A DNA stretch of 64,000 nucleotides from contig JAWKNK010000002.1 of NCBI GenBank assembly GCA_041391745.1, forward strand, positions 203,576-267,575, written 5' to 3'. The translations under genes were made by a program, and so were the position numbers. Positions 1-9,442 of this stretch are shown piece after piece (within the stretch, counting starts at the first letter, position 1; the number at the start of each line of letters is the position of its first letter). Below the pieces are notes generated by a model. It did no database searches. It had not been told where the DNA came from and saw only the letters and a list, made by a program, of their open reading frames with translations. Source of the stretch: Flavobacteriales bacterium (GTDB lineage Bacteria > Bacteroidota > Bacteroidia > Flavobacteriales_D > Sanyastnellaceae).

Positions 1-913
1 GAAGTTCTTCCCAAGACTGACCTACTTGCGTCATGATTTTTACACCAAGATAATCTCCAGCTTCAAAGCCCTCTGTAAAATAGCGAATGGCCAATGTACC
101 GAGCGGACGTTCGGTTAGTTCAGCGAACTCAAAAGTGAGTGTATGTTCTTGTGCTGAATAGAATTCATTTTCCAGCATTTGAATTTCTAAAATTGGTCTC
201 CGTGAATTGGTTTCTTCCAGCCAATGTATTGACAGGACCCCAAGTGTAAACTCCAGCGTTGTCGTAGTTACTTGGTTCTGGAATAAAGGCCGATTGTCAC
301 CTTCCATTTCAAAGCTGTTTCTAATGTGATTGAAATTTTCAAAGGTGATTGAAGTGACATCACTTTGTGAAGCCATTGCTGCTCCCATTGAAATATCGAT
401 GATAGAGATAGAACCCACAGGATCTACAGAGTAGTCTGCATTTGGTTCACCTTCATTACATACCACAAGTTTGTTGTGGTCATGAGAGATGCCCACCATA
501 TCAGGCAAAGCACCGACATCGAAAATATTGATCATGTTGCCATCTACATCGAAGATCGCCAAAGAACCGTTGTCTTGTTTAGTGAACGCTTCAATTGCCA
601 CGGCCACGTAGCCATCAAAAGCGACTACGCTATTTGCTCCAGCACCAAACAAAGATATATCGATTGAAAAAAGGTATTCAGGAGTTACAGGATTTGGAGA
701 TATTGAGAACATCAATTTGATCCGTTGAACCATTTACCACAAAAGACGCTTCGAACCTGCGTCGTAAGAAGAAATTTCAGCAGTTCCTTCGTCGAAACCA
801 CCTACTAGCTTAGTTGTAGAAATTGGTCTCAGTTGCACCGCAGATGACTGACCAAAGGCAGTCACCGCCGACATCCCTAAAACCGTAATAACAGAACGTA
901 AAAAAGTTTTCAT
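1..913 (-). pseudogene. Choice-of-anchor-I-like secreted beta-propeller protein, 5' part only (runs off the window start). Needs three reading frames, with two apparent 1-nt indels near 688 and 742.
   Basis: ATG at 913 followed by the signal peptide MKTFLRSVITVLGMSAVTAFGQ. The contiguous protein ...GSKRLLVVNGSTDQIDVLNIS-NPVTPEYLF...DNGSLAIFDVDGN...ALPDMVGISHDHNKLVVCNEGEP is only recovered by switching frame at a GG run (~742) and an AAA run (~688). The six-frame track shows no single long ORF here. Confidence 0.5.
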
Positions 914-1032
914 TGAGTAGAATTATTTGCTTGGTGGCAAATAACACTACCTTATATATCTACAATAGAAAGGGGTCTTTATAATTCATTCAGCTAAACG
1001 TTAATTTAGCGCGAACGCGAAACGGGCGTTTG

Positions 1033-1398
1033 TTAACTCTTCGTTTCGTTTGTTAACGCACGAACAAATAGAAATAAGTGTGCGAAGTAAATGATAGCTG
1101 TTCCGATAGCAACTGGTACTTTTTGTTCTTTATTAAAATAAATAAAAATACCAAGGAATGTAGCTGTTACCAGTAGTTTGATCGTAATAGACGCCATAAA
1201 AGCCGTTACAAAACGTCGTGGGCTTTTCTCGTTTGCAGTTAGAATGTTACGATAAAGTAAATAAGACATTACACCGAATCCGATTGCTACAAAGTAAAGT
1301 ACCATTGGAATGGGAATCATCAGGCCAGTAACGTATAGCGCCGATAGAATCACGATGGTAAGAACAAGAATAAAAAGGGTAAAAGATTTTGAGATCAT
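1033..1398 (-). CDS. Hypothetical small integral membrane protein (3-4 TM helices)
   Basis: 121-aa ORF that is hydrophobic throughout. It sits directly downstream of the AtpZ-like gene, with a 4-nt overlap. Confidence 0.45.
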   Translation of the reverse strand: MISKSFTLFILVLTIVILSALYVTGLMIPIPMVLYFVAIGFGVMSYLLYRNILTANEKSPRRFVTAFMASITIKLLVTATFLGIFIYFNKEQKVPVAIGTAIIYFAHLFLFVRALTNETKS

Positions 1399-1586
1399 TT
1401 TTTGAGCAGGTCTTTAATCGTAGTGTACATGGCCACTACCACTGATACGATGGCAAAGGTAAGTGTCCATGCATGAGATTCTATGTGATATTTGTCGTCT
1501 AACCACCTACCAAGCAAAACGCCACCTCCGATAATTACAATCATCTGGGTGGCCATTGCTGAATATTTGAGGAAGTCGTTTTTCAT
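1395..1586 (-). CDS. AtpZ/AtpI-family small membrane protein
   Basis: 63 aa: MKNDFLKYSAMATQMIVIIGGGVLLGRWLDDKY... with two TM helices. This matches the Bacteroidota AtpZ pattern (..YxKYSxxAxQMxxIIxxGxxxGxKLD..). Confidence 0.55.
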   Translation of the reverse strand: MKNDFLKYSAMATQMIVIIGGGVLLGRWLDDKYHIESHAWTLTFAIVSVVVAMYTTIKDLLKK

Positions 1587-1601
1587 GACTTCGTGAGTGT
1601 C

Positions 1602-2018
1602 TTACATTGCTGCGCTAGCAGGCACTTTTTCATCTTTCTTCATGTCTTTCACCTTTGCGCCCATGTTGCACGAGCCAGTGAAAGTAGCACCTGGTTCGAT
1701 GCTCAGTTTATCAGTGAAAATATCACCTTCTACTTTCGCCGAAGCTTTAAGCGTAAGTTGTTGTTGCACCGAAATTTTTCCTTTTACAATACCTTCTACT
1801 TCTGCATGCTGACATGTGATAGTGCCTTCAATGCGTCCGTTTGGACCGATTACTAAACGCCCTTTGGTAGTAAGGTTCCCAACGAATGCTCCATCAATTC
1901 TGATATTCGATTCGCAGCGAATTTCTCCTTCTATTGAAGTTCCTTCCACAATTCTGTTGATCGCCATATCTGGCGCTACTTCTGGTGTTCTTGCCATTGT
2001 TTTAGATTTTGAAAACAT
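1602..2018 (-). CDS. Bactofilin (polymer-forming cytoskeletal protein, CcmA family)
   Basis: 138 aa, rich in beta-helix repeats: ...IRIDGAFVGNLTTKGRLVIGPNGRIEGTITCQHAEVEGIVKGKISVQQQLTLKASAKVEGDIFTDKLSIEPGATFTGSC. Confidence 0.75.
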   Translation of the reverse strand: MFSKSKTMARTPEVAPDMAINRIVEGTSIEGEIRCESNIRIDGAFVGNLTTKGRLVIGPNGRIEGTITCQHAEVEGIVKGKISVQQQLTLKASAKVEGDIFTDKLSIEPGATFTGSCNMGAKVKDMKKDEKVPASAAM

Positions 2019-2020
2019 GG

Positions 2021-4684
2021 TTAATAATAATCTGTAAAGAACTGAAGGTATTCCTCCAAATTCTTGTTTTTGAATAACGCTATATAGTTCGTCTTCGAAA
2101 TTAGGAAGTAAGTGTATCCAGCTTCATTGATATCCTTGAGTGTATTTTGATCTTTTGTAAAGATGTTCATATACGTCTTTCCGTCTTCCGCTCCAGGGAA
2201 GGGTTTCACAAGGATGATGTGATTGTCTTTGTTCAAAAGGTTATTGGTAACCTTGTACCCATTGGATCCAAAGTTGACAGCGTTGTAGTCGCTGATTGTT
2301 GCCTTAGTATTTGAAATATTAGTTCCCTGCACAGGCATTACAATCGCAAAGTAATGTTCGCCTGTCAGATCCAATTTAAACACATTCGTTTTTGGTGCTT
2401 CTTCCGGATCCTTCGGATCGGTTTCATTGTTCGGATCTGAAGGTAATGTTGCTTCTTTATTCAGTGTGTTCAGAATTTCGGTTGCCTTTGCCGCTTCTTC
2501 AGACTCAGGGCAATCTGCCTTTACTGTATTCAATTCTTGAATAAAATTTTCACGAATTCCATATGCTCCATCGGTATAGCCAATACACACCGCTTTTAAG
2601 AAACGATATTTACAGAGCAAATGATTGTCTGGTTCTTCTGTAATCACTCGATTACATTCCGTCAAGGCATCGTAATAATTTCTTCTTGCGTAAACTTTAT
2701 ACGTTTCCTCGTAGGCTTCTTTTTCAGCAGTGCGTTTTACTTCTTGCTCGTCGAGGTATTCTGGGTTGTCGATGAGACGCGCCCATTCGCTATTTGGATA
2801 ACGCTCTCTCACTTGAGATTCCCAATATTTTGAAGAGCATGTTTCGCAGAACGGGTTGGCTTTATAACCGCTCAATTGTTCTTTGTAAAGCCAAGTACGA
2901 TACAATTGATAAAGCGTCATCGGATGGAAATCACTTTCTTCAATGTTCAAGATTTGTTGTTCCCAAATGTCTGTCGCGTTGTCAAAGTCTTCAAGATTTT
3001 CCTTGTACACCACGCCTGCTCGGTAATATGCTTCTGCCAATTCAAGCTGAGAATCTTTCATTTGCTTATCATCGCCACATGGCAGCGAAGCACGCAGTTC
3101 TTCTAGCGTAGGAACTTTATACTTATCAGGCAGCTCCTCTGGATTTGTGGATTCGACCACGCTAATAACAGATTCATCTGGATCGCTGAAGTTCGCATTC
3201 AGCTTCGATTGCAATCTCCAATTGTCTTTTAGTGGTCTGTCTCCCCAATAGTCGATAAAGTTATTTTTTCCTTTATCTCTAAGGTTTTGATTGTACGCCC
3301 AAAAACTTCCAGTGATGGAGTTTGCAGCGTCGGCAGCAGCTTTTGCCGCCAATTCCTCATCTCTTCTTCTCGCTTCATCTGCTGCTCTTTCAGCATCCTT
3401 CACCGCTTTTTTCAAAGCTTTATCCAACTCCTCTTCCGACATCGAACAAAGTGTGTTGATACTGTCATTAAGTTCTATGGTATTCAGGTAGCCAATCAAT
3501 TCAGTTAAGCTTTCCGCGCGCGCTTTCACTTCTCTGAATCGTGGATGCTCGGCTGTAATATTTGTAAGTGTGCTGTCGTAATTCGACTGCGCACTTGCAT
3601 ATTGTCGTTCGTTGAAATAAAGGTCGGCCAGTTTCAAGAAAATTTTTGCGCGCTGTTTTTTATTTTCATCATTTACGCGCAATGCTTCTTCAAAATAATA
3701 AATGGCAAGTGGTCTGTCTTGTTCTTCCAGCGCAAGGTCTCCTAGTGCGTAGTAGATCTGATCGCGGTATTGCTCATTTTTTTCATCCTTGAGCATTTTC
3801 ATCAATTCCTTTTTGATCCCATCAGAGCTACCGCCGCGACGGCTAAATGAAAGCGCTTTATTGATTTTGGCATAGAAAGCCAACTCGTACGGTGGTCTAC
3901 TCTTCAATACCATTTCATAGTTGGTAATGGCCTCCGCACTGCGATTCATGCGTTGGTACATTTGAGCCAAAATGAAATATGGACGTGCGCGATCTTTTTT
4001 CTTTTTGATATACGAAATGGACTTTTCCATTTGCTTGATGGCTTCATTCATATCGCCTTGGCGCATCAAAATATCCGCCATAGCTTTGTGATAGTCAGCC
4101 TTCAATTCATCCTTGTTGTCGGCCTTTGGCTCGAAGCGATTCAGCGCTAAAGTTGCTTTTGAATATTCTCCTTTCTCGGTGTATGTTCTAGCCAGCCAAG
4201 TTGCACTAGAAAGTTGAGTATTGATATCCTTATACTTTCCGTTAACGTATTTGAAAACTTGTTCTGCTTTGAGGTAATTCCTTTTGTAGAAATTGGATTT
4301 TCCGATCACCATATAGTTTTCGTCAATCCATTTATTGAAGACCGGGTGTTTTTTAGAATCCTTGTTTTCCTTTTTCAGTGTATGGCGGTTGATCACTTTC
4401 TCGCTCTTCTCGATGGCTCTTTCCATTTCTGGGAAAGCATCTGGAGCTGTCTCTTCCGAGCCGATTACAAAAATGGGAAGGATGCTATCGTAATCTGCCT
4501 TATAAGCTGTTTGAATTTTTACCAGTCCCTTTTTGATGCTTTCTTCGGCGTTGAAATGGCCGTTAAAGTGCGCAGTCACATTGTGATAGGCTCTATACGA
4601 AAAGCCGTCTTTCTGCGTTGAACACGACGCTCCGAAAACTAAAACACTGATTAATAATAACTTATATATTCTATTTGTGATCAC
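2021..4684 (-). CDS. Large tetratricopeptide-repeat (TPR) lipoprotein. SprE/PorW-like is possible but not established.
   Basis: 887 aa with lipoprotein signal MITNRIYKLLLISVLVFGASCSTQ. Many TPR-like AxxYY/ALxxG/LxxAxxxY repeats, and a charged coiled-coil segment EELDKALKKAVKDAERAADEARRRDEELAAKAAADAAN. Confidence 0.65.
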   Translation of the reverse strand: MITNRIYKLLLISVLVFGASCSTQKDGFSYRAYHNVTAHFNGHFNAEESIKKGLVKIQTAYKADYDSILPIFVIGSEETAPDAFPEMERAIEKSEKVINRHTLKKENKDSKKHPVFNKWIDENYMVIGKSNFYKRNYLKAEQVFKYVNGKYKDINTQLSSATWLARTYTEKGEYSKATLALNRFEPKADNKDELKADYHKAMADILMRQGDMNEAIKQMEKSISYIKKKKDRARPYFILAQMYQRMNRSAEAITNYEMVLKSRPPYELAFYAKINKALSFSRRGGSSDGIKKELMKMLKDEKNEQYRDQIYYALGDLALEEQDRPLAIYYFEEALRVNDENKKQRAKIFLKLADLYFNERQYASAQSNYDSTLTNITAEHPRFREVKARAESLTELIGYLNTIELNDSINTLCSMSEEELDKALKKAVKDAERAADEARRRDEELAAKAAADAANSITGSFWAYNQNLRDKGKNNFIDYWGDRPLKDNWRLQSKLNANFSDPDESVISVVESTNPEELPDKYKVPTLEELRASLPCGDDKQMKDSQLELAEAYYRAGVVYKENLEDFDNATDIWEQQILNIEESDFHPMTLYQLYRTWLYKEQLSGYKANPFCETCSSKYWESQVRERYPNSEWARLIDNPEYLDEQEVKRTAEKEAYEETYKVYARRNYYDALTECNRVITEEPDNHLLCKYRFLKAVCIGYTDGAYGIRENFIQELNTVKADCPESEEAAKATEILNTLNKEATLPSDPNNETDPKDPEEAPKTNVFKLDLTGEHYFAIVMPVQGTNISNTKATISDYNAVNFGSNGYKVTNNLLNKDNHIILVKPFPGAEDGKTYMNIFTKDQNTLKDINEAGYTYFLISKTNYIALFKNKNLEEYLQFFTDYY

Positions 4685-4837
4685 GCAGGCTATTTAGGGT
4701 TTTGGCGGGCTTTAAAAAGGCCGCCCAATAACGGTAAAGTTGCAAAAATATTGGATTTTTCACCGATAAAATGAAAATAATTGAGGATTAGATGCTTCAA
4801 GGTTTTATTTTGCATGCCAGAACCCAAGGACATTCGG

Positions 4838-5707
4838 ATGGCGAAGAAAGAGGAAGTAAAGAGAAAAAAATTGATCAAAAAGCTGAAAAGCCGCTTCAGG
4901 CTTACAGTTTTGAATGAAAAAACCTTTGAGGAAAAGTTCAGTTACTCCCTTACCCCACTGAATTTGATCATCATGTTTGGTGGTTTATTGCTCGTTTTTG
5001 GTTCTCTGATTTATTTGTTGGTGGCTTTCACCCCTCTGAAAGCCTATGTCATTCCAGATTTTACCGACTATTCCTATCGTGAAGACGCCCGTTTGGCGAG
5101 ACTTAAGGCCGACTCACTGCTGATGGTCGCCAAGCAAAACGAGCGCTATTTCGACGATTTGAAAATCATATTGAGTGGCGGAGAAATCTCGATGCCTGGT
5201 GATTCTGCGGCGCGCGAAGCCAGCCAGGTAGCGCTTGACTATCAAGTAAGCGATGTGGATGAGGCTATGCGGTTAAAATTATCGGCAGTAGATCGCTACG
5301 ATCTTGATATGGCGGAAGAAGAACAAAAGGAGAAGCGAGGAACATTGCTTTTCAGACCAGTAACGGGAAGTATTACCAATGATTATGATCCAAAAGCTGG
5401 ACATTATGGCATAGACATGATTGGGCCAAAAAACGATCCCGTGCGCGCCGTGATGGACGGGGTAGTAATGATGTCGTCCTTTACAGCGGAAGATGGCAAC
5501 GTGATTCAAATCCAGCATCCCAACAATTTGGTTTCCGTGTACAAGCACAATTCCGTGTTGCTTAAAAAGCAGGGCGATCGTGTAAAAGCTGGCGAATCAA
5601 TTGCATTTATTGGTGACAGTGGCGACCATAGCGAGGGTCCTCACCTGCATTTTGAACTTTGGATCAATGGTATTCACGTCAATCCAAAAGACTATCTCCG
5701 CGAGTAA
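4838..5707 (+). CDS. M23 family metallopeptidase (LytM domain) with an N-terminal TM anchor
   Basis: Motifs GHYGIDMIGPKNDPVRAVMDGVV and HLHFELWINGIHVNPKDYL. The start is chosen at MAKKEE (4838). The ORF is open from 4781, so the start is uncertain. Confidence 0.8.
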   Translation: MAKKEEVKRKKLIKKLKSRFRLTVLNEKTFEEKFSYSLTPLNLIIMFGGLLLVFGSLIYLLVAFTPLKAYVIPDFTDYSYREDARLARLKADSLLMVAKQNERYFDDLKIILSGGEISMPGDSAAREASQVALDYQVSDVDEAMRLKLSAVDRYDLDMAEEEQKEKRGTLLFRPVTGSITNDYDPKAGHYGIDMIGPKNDPVRAVMDGVVMMSSFTAEDGNVIQIQHPNNLVSVYKHNSVLLKKQGDRVKAGESIAFIGDSGDHSEGPHLHFELWINGIHVNPKDYLRE

Positions 5708-5778
5708 CATCGCATCGTGAAAAACCCTTCGTGATTGATTCATAGGGAATCTTTATTATTCGGATTTTTGTAAAAATA

Positions 5779-6774
5779 ATGATTATGAGAGCATTTATTC
5801 TTGCCGCTTCGGTGGTTGTACTATCTACATCAGGATGTGTTAGTCATAGAAAATATACAGAGTTGGAAACGCGCAAAAACCAATTGGTAAGCGAAGTTGA
5901 TCAGCTCAAAAAAAATAATGAAACACTTGAGGCGACCAACAAAGATTTGATGTCGCAAATCGAAGTGAACAATACGGAAATTGCAGAGCTGAAAGCCGAT
6001 ACAGCAGATATGGGTCGTCAGTATCGCCAGTTAAAAATTCAATACGATAAAATCAACGAGCTCAATGATATTCTTTCAAGAAAGAGTTCGGAGTTGTTGA
6101 GTCAGGCTACAGGTGAAAACCAAAAGTTGGCCATGGAGCTTTCGAAAACACAGGAAGCACTTCAGAAAAAAGAAGATATGCTTAAAGCATTGGAAGCTGA
6201 TTTGAACAAAAAGCAAGCGGATATCGACGCGGCAAACGTTGCCTTGAAAGACCGTGAGGCACGTTTGAATGAGTTGGAAAACCTTCTAGAAGCGCAGCAG
6301 TCTGCATCAGAAGCATTGCGCGCGAAAATTGAAAATGCGCTTCTTGGCTTTAAAGACAAAGGACTTACCGTAACCGAAAAAGACGGAAAAGTTTATGTGA
6401 GCATGGAAGCTAAATTGTTGTTTGCTTCTGGTTCAACCACCGTAGATCCAAATGGTAAAAAAGCGTTGATCGATTTGGCTAAGGCCATCGAAAATGAAGT
6501 GGATATGGAAGTAATCGTAGAAGGGCATACCGATACGGACAAGCTTTCATCACCAACACCTCCACGCGACAACTGGGAATTGAGTGTGCTTCGTGCAACG
6601 GAAGTCATCAAGATTATGACTGCAAATAGCAACATCAAACCAGCGATGTTGAGCGCAGCAGGCCGCAGTGAGTTTCACCCTGTAAGTGAAACCGACAAGT
6701 CGAAGAACAGACGTATTGAGATTATTCTACAACCCAACCTTGGTGAATTGTATAAGTTGATTGAAAACAACTAA
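5779..6774 (+). CDS. OmpA/MotB-family lipoprotein with a long coiled-coil
   Basis: Lipobox LSTSGC. A coiled-coil rich in Q/E/K/L heptads. C-terminal OmpA domain: VIVEGHTDTD...LSVLRATEV...NRRIEII. Confidence 0.75.
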   Translation: MIMRAFILAASVVVLSTSGCVSHRKYTELETRKNQLVSEVDQLKKNNETLEATNKDLMSQIEVNNTEIAELKADTADMGRQYRQLKIQYDKINELNDILSRKSSELLSQATGENQKLAMELSKTQEALQKKEDMLKALEADLNKKQADIDAANVALKDREARLNELENLLEAQQSASEALRAKIENALLGFKDKGLTVTEKDGKVYVSMEAKLLFASGSTTVDPNGKKALIDLAKAIENEVDMEVIVEGHTDTDKLSSPTPPRDNWELSVLRATEVIKIMTANSNIKPAMLSAAGRSEFHPVSETDKSKNRRIEIILQPNLGELYKLIENN

Positions 6775-7541
6775 GCTTTGAATACTTCGTGCAGAATGTC
6801 GAGACTTTTTATTTCTCGAGCATTCTCCAAATGAAGTTGGATATATTGAACCAATAGTTGCAATAGATAATTACGCTCAGCTCCTGACAGGCTGAGCGTA
6901 TTTATTTCTGGAAGTTTCTTATCCAAAAGGTTCAGCCATTTTACTTTCCATTCACCTTCCAAATAGTAGCGGTGAGCGGGACGCAGCGCGCAAGTCTCTC
7001 CGTTCATCATATCAAAATATGAAGTTTCCTCTTCGTTTATTTGAGGATAAAAACCGTAATACTTGGTGAGCTCCATCAAAAACCACAAATGAAAATTGCG
7101 TGTTGATTCGAGTGCATCAAAAGAGAGCAACGCATATTCCAGAAAAGTAAAAAGTCGTTCGTTTTGATAATCGTCGGCGATGGTTTTATAGAGGATTTCA
7201 TCAAGAAAAAGTGCCACTGATGATTTTACCGGGTCGAACGGAATGCTTGCATAAACCGCGTGCAGCTTGATGCTTTTTGGGGTAATTAATTTCTGATTTT
7301 CTTTGAAGTTGGCTGAAATTTCCACGATGTTGAGTGGCTGAATCACAGGCAGCATGTTCGATTTCGGCGTTTTGCCCGATCGAATCAGAAAAGATTTTAA
7401 ACCGAGTTGCTCAGTAAAAATTCGAACAATAAATTGATTATCTTTGAACTTAATACTTTGAAAGACAACTCCTTTTACCTGTAATAACAACTCGCGAAAG
7501 ATTTTATTGAGATGTAAAGATGGCGGATATTTCCTTTCCAC
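6771..7541 (-). CDS. recO: DNA repair protein RecO
   Basis: The pattern KGVVFQSIKFKDNQFIVRIFTEQLGLKSFLIRSGK...VALFLDEIL...FHLWFLMELTKYYGF matches the RecO N-terminal OB fold and helical region. The true start is probably internal (TTG near 7490), which gives about 240 aa. Confidence 0.65.
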   Translation of the reverse strand: MERKYPPSLHLNKIFRELLLQVKGVVFQSIKFKDNQFIVRIFTEQLGLKSFLIRSGKTPKSNMLPVIQPLNIVEISANFKENQKLITPKSIKLHAVYASIPFDPVKSSVALFLDEILYKTIADDYQNERLFTFLEYALLSFDALESTRNFHLWFLMELTKYYGFYPQINEEETSYFDMMNGETCALRPAHRYYLEGEWKVKWLNLLDKKLPEINTLSLSGAERNYLLQLLVQYIQLHLENAREIKSLDILHEVFKA

Positions 7542-7707
7542 AATACATCGTTCAAATCTCTTTTTTAAAGGCGTTGAGTATCAATGATGTCTAATCATCT
7601 TTGAACCGATTCAAATAAGTATAATCGCTTCCTTCGAGGAACTCTATAGATATTGAAAAGTTACATCGTGCGGCAACGTGCGGTGTATGTTTAAAGTTAG
7701 GTTAGGC

Positions 7708-7740
7708 AGGGCAATCTTCGGGTTGCCCTGTTATTTTATA
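7708..7740 (+). terminator. Orphan intrinsic-terminator-like hairpin in + orientation, lying between two minus-strand genes
   Basis: CAGGGCAA-tcttcgg-TTGCCCTG followed by TTATTTTATATT on the + strand. No + strand CDS lies upstream. On the - strand the hairpin is not followed by a U-tract. Confidence 0.35.
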
Positions 7741-7844
7741 TTCATAATTCTTAATTCGCGCTTCGCTTATTCAATATTCTCGATTCCCGATACGTCTTGC
7801 ACCGAGCCAATTCGACAAAATGAATAATAAATTATGAATATTCC

Positions 7845-8966
7845 TCAACTTCTCAGTTGATAGTGGACTTTGACCGAGAGGTCATTTAGGACTAGTTTGG
7901 AATAGGCGTTGCGATGAATATCGTAGTACGCTTCTTCTATGAGTTCCATCAAAGATTCAGCATTGCGCTCATTGATGAATACAGAGAATTTTTGTGAGAA
8001 TTGCGACTCTTGGGCATTCATTCTAGCCAAGTCTTGACCCACATAATTGAGCATTAAATTCTGACGAACTTGATCGAGCGCATACATCAAAAACTCCTTT
8101 TGATCTTCGCGCGATAGTCCGTGCATTTCGTCTGCCCATTTTGTAATTTTCACTACATCTTTTGTGTAGCACATTCTCATCCATTCGATGAATTGAGAAC
8201 TAAAAAACATATTTGGATCTTCCGAGTGTGCGAGCAATTGAGCGCGCCACCAGTTGCCATCAACATAGTGTGTAATACCCTGTGCAATCGACTCTTCCAC
8301 GCCTTCTGAGATCAAAGCGGCTTTCACTATGGCGTCTTCAATTTTTGGAACTACTAATGTTTGTACCCTCGAGATTATCGTGCTCAGCATGCGCTCAATG
8401 TTGTTGGATACAAATAAGAAAATGGTATTTTCTGGTGGTTCCTCAAGTGTCTTCAACAGCTTGTTGGCCGTGTCAGTACTTAGGTATTCAGGTAGCCACA
8501 TGATGAGGATTTTCTTTCCTCCATCATGGCTTTTCAAAGACAATCTTTTTACAATAAAATCTGCTTCATGCACACTCATCTGAAGCACTTTGTTTTCCTT
8601 AGTGATAAGTGTACGCCAATGCTCGATACCTAGATACGTTGACTTTAAAAGTGCTTCTCGAAACTCAGCGGCATAGTGTCCAGAGTTGGTATCATCCAAC
8701 TTTGGTTTTTTAAAATATGGAAAAGAAAAATGCAGGTCTGGATGTTGAAGATTCTTATATCGCTTGCAAGAAATGCACTCCCCGCAGCTGTCGTTTTCTT
8801 GTTTGTTTTGACAATGAATAAACTGTGCGAAAGCCATTGCCAATGCCATGTTCCCACATCCTTCTGGACCGAGAAGCATGATGGCATGTGCGAGGCGCCC
8901 TTGCTTAAAAGAATGAAGCAATTTTGCCTTTACACCCTCTTGACCTATGATTTCTTTAAACTGCAC
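7845..8966 (-). CDS. holB: DNA polymerase III subunit delta-prime (clamp-loader AAA+)
   Basis: MQFKEIIGQEGVKAKLLHSFKQGRLAHAIMLLGPEGCGNMALAMAFAQFIHCQN...CGECISC (zinc module)...ILIMWLPEYLS...SRVQ. Length is 373 aa. Confidence 0.75.
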   Translation of the reverse strand: MQFKEIIGQEGVKAKLLHSFKQGRLAHAIMLLGPEGCGNMALAMAFAQFIHCQNKQENDSCGECISCKRYKNLQHPDLHFSFPYFKKPKLDDTNSGHYAAEFREALLKSTYLGIEHWRTLITKENKVLQMSVHEADFIVKRLSLKSHDGGKKILIMWLPEYLSTDTANKLLKTLEEPPENTIFLFVSNNIERMLSTIISRVQTLVVPKIEDAIVKAALISEGVEESIAQGITHYVDGNWWRAQLLAHSEDPNMFFSSQFIEWMRMCYTKDVVKITKWADEMHGLSREDQKEFLMYALDQVRQNLMLNYVGQDLARMNAQESQFSQKFSVFINERNAESLMELIEEAYYDIHRNAYSKLVLNDLSVKVHYQLRS

Positions 8967-8968
8967 TT

Positions 8969-9442
8969 TTACTTTGGTAATGCCAATCTGAAGCCCACGT
9001 CATAGATTCCTTTGAGGTCGTCTTGACGCATTGCTTGATGAATTTCTAACTTGTAATTTCCTGAAAGTGGAAACTTCTTTCTTTCTCTGAATAAAACGCG
9101 ATTGTCGAAAATGCTTCCTAAACCTGATCCGTACCAGTTGCCCATTGCGTCTGCAAGCGGACACTCCAAAGTGTCGACACTTTTCTTTCCGTTAGGAAAT
9201 TCCATCTCGATAAAGAGATACAAATTGCTGAACGGATATTCTTCTCCATTTCGCAAAGTGACGTAGAAATTATAGAGCTGAAGAGTGTCTTCTACGTTGA
9301 ATTCGAATGTCTTTACGTCATTCAAATTCCACACACCGTTTTCAACGGGGTATGATTGTTCGTACACCACTGCGTTGTCGCACGCCGTGAAAAGCACAGA
9401 CATCGCTGCCAGGAAAATAATGGATAAAAAGGTTTTATTCAT
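8969..9442 (-). CDS. gldH: Gliding-motility lipoprotein GldH
   Basis: 158 aa from the ATG at 9442: MNKTFLSIIFLAAMSVLFTAC (lipobox) ...YPFSNLYLFIEMEFPNGKKSVDTLECPLADAMGNWYGSGLGS...YKLEIHQAMRQDDLKGIYDVGFRLALPK. The start overlaps the PSP1 stop in the sequence ATGAATAA. The longer 286-aa ORF in the track is an artefact of reading through without a stop. Confidence 0.8.
   Translation of the reverse strand: MNKTFLSIIFLAAMSVLFTACDNAVVYEQSYPVENGVWNLNDVKTFEFNVEDTLQLYNFYVTLRNGEEYPFSNLYLFIEMEFPNGKKSVDTLECPLADAMGNWYGSGLGSIFDNRVLFRERKKFPLSGNYKLEIHQAMRQDDLKGIYDVGFRLALPK

Noticed and set aside
2621-4621. Multiple 65-135-aa + strand ORFs inside the TPR lipoprotein gene, with similar antisense ORFs inside rnr (45294-46757), holB, the T/G-repeat gene (59050-59592) and others
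   Set aside because: They are antisense to long, well-supported genes. They are hydrophobic or low-complexity and have no independent signals.
2021-4684. Naming the TPR lipoprotein SprE/PorW
   Set aside because: Size, lipobox and TPR content are compatible, but I cannot verify family-specific motifs by eye. The call is left generic.
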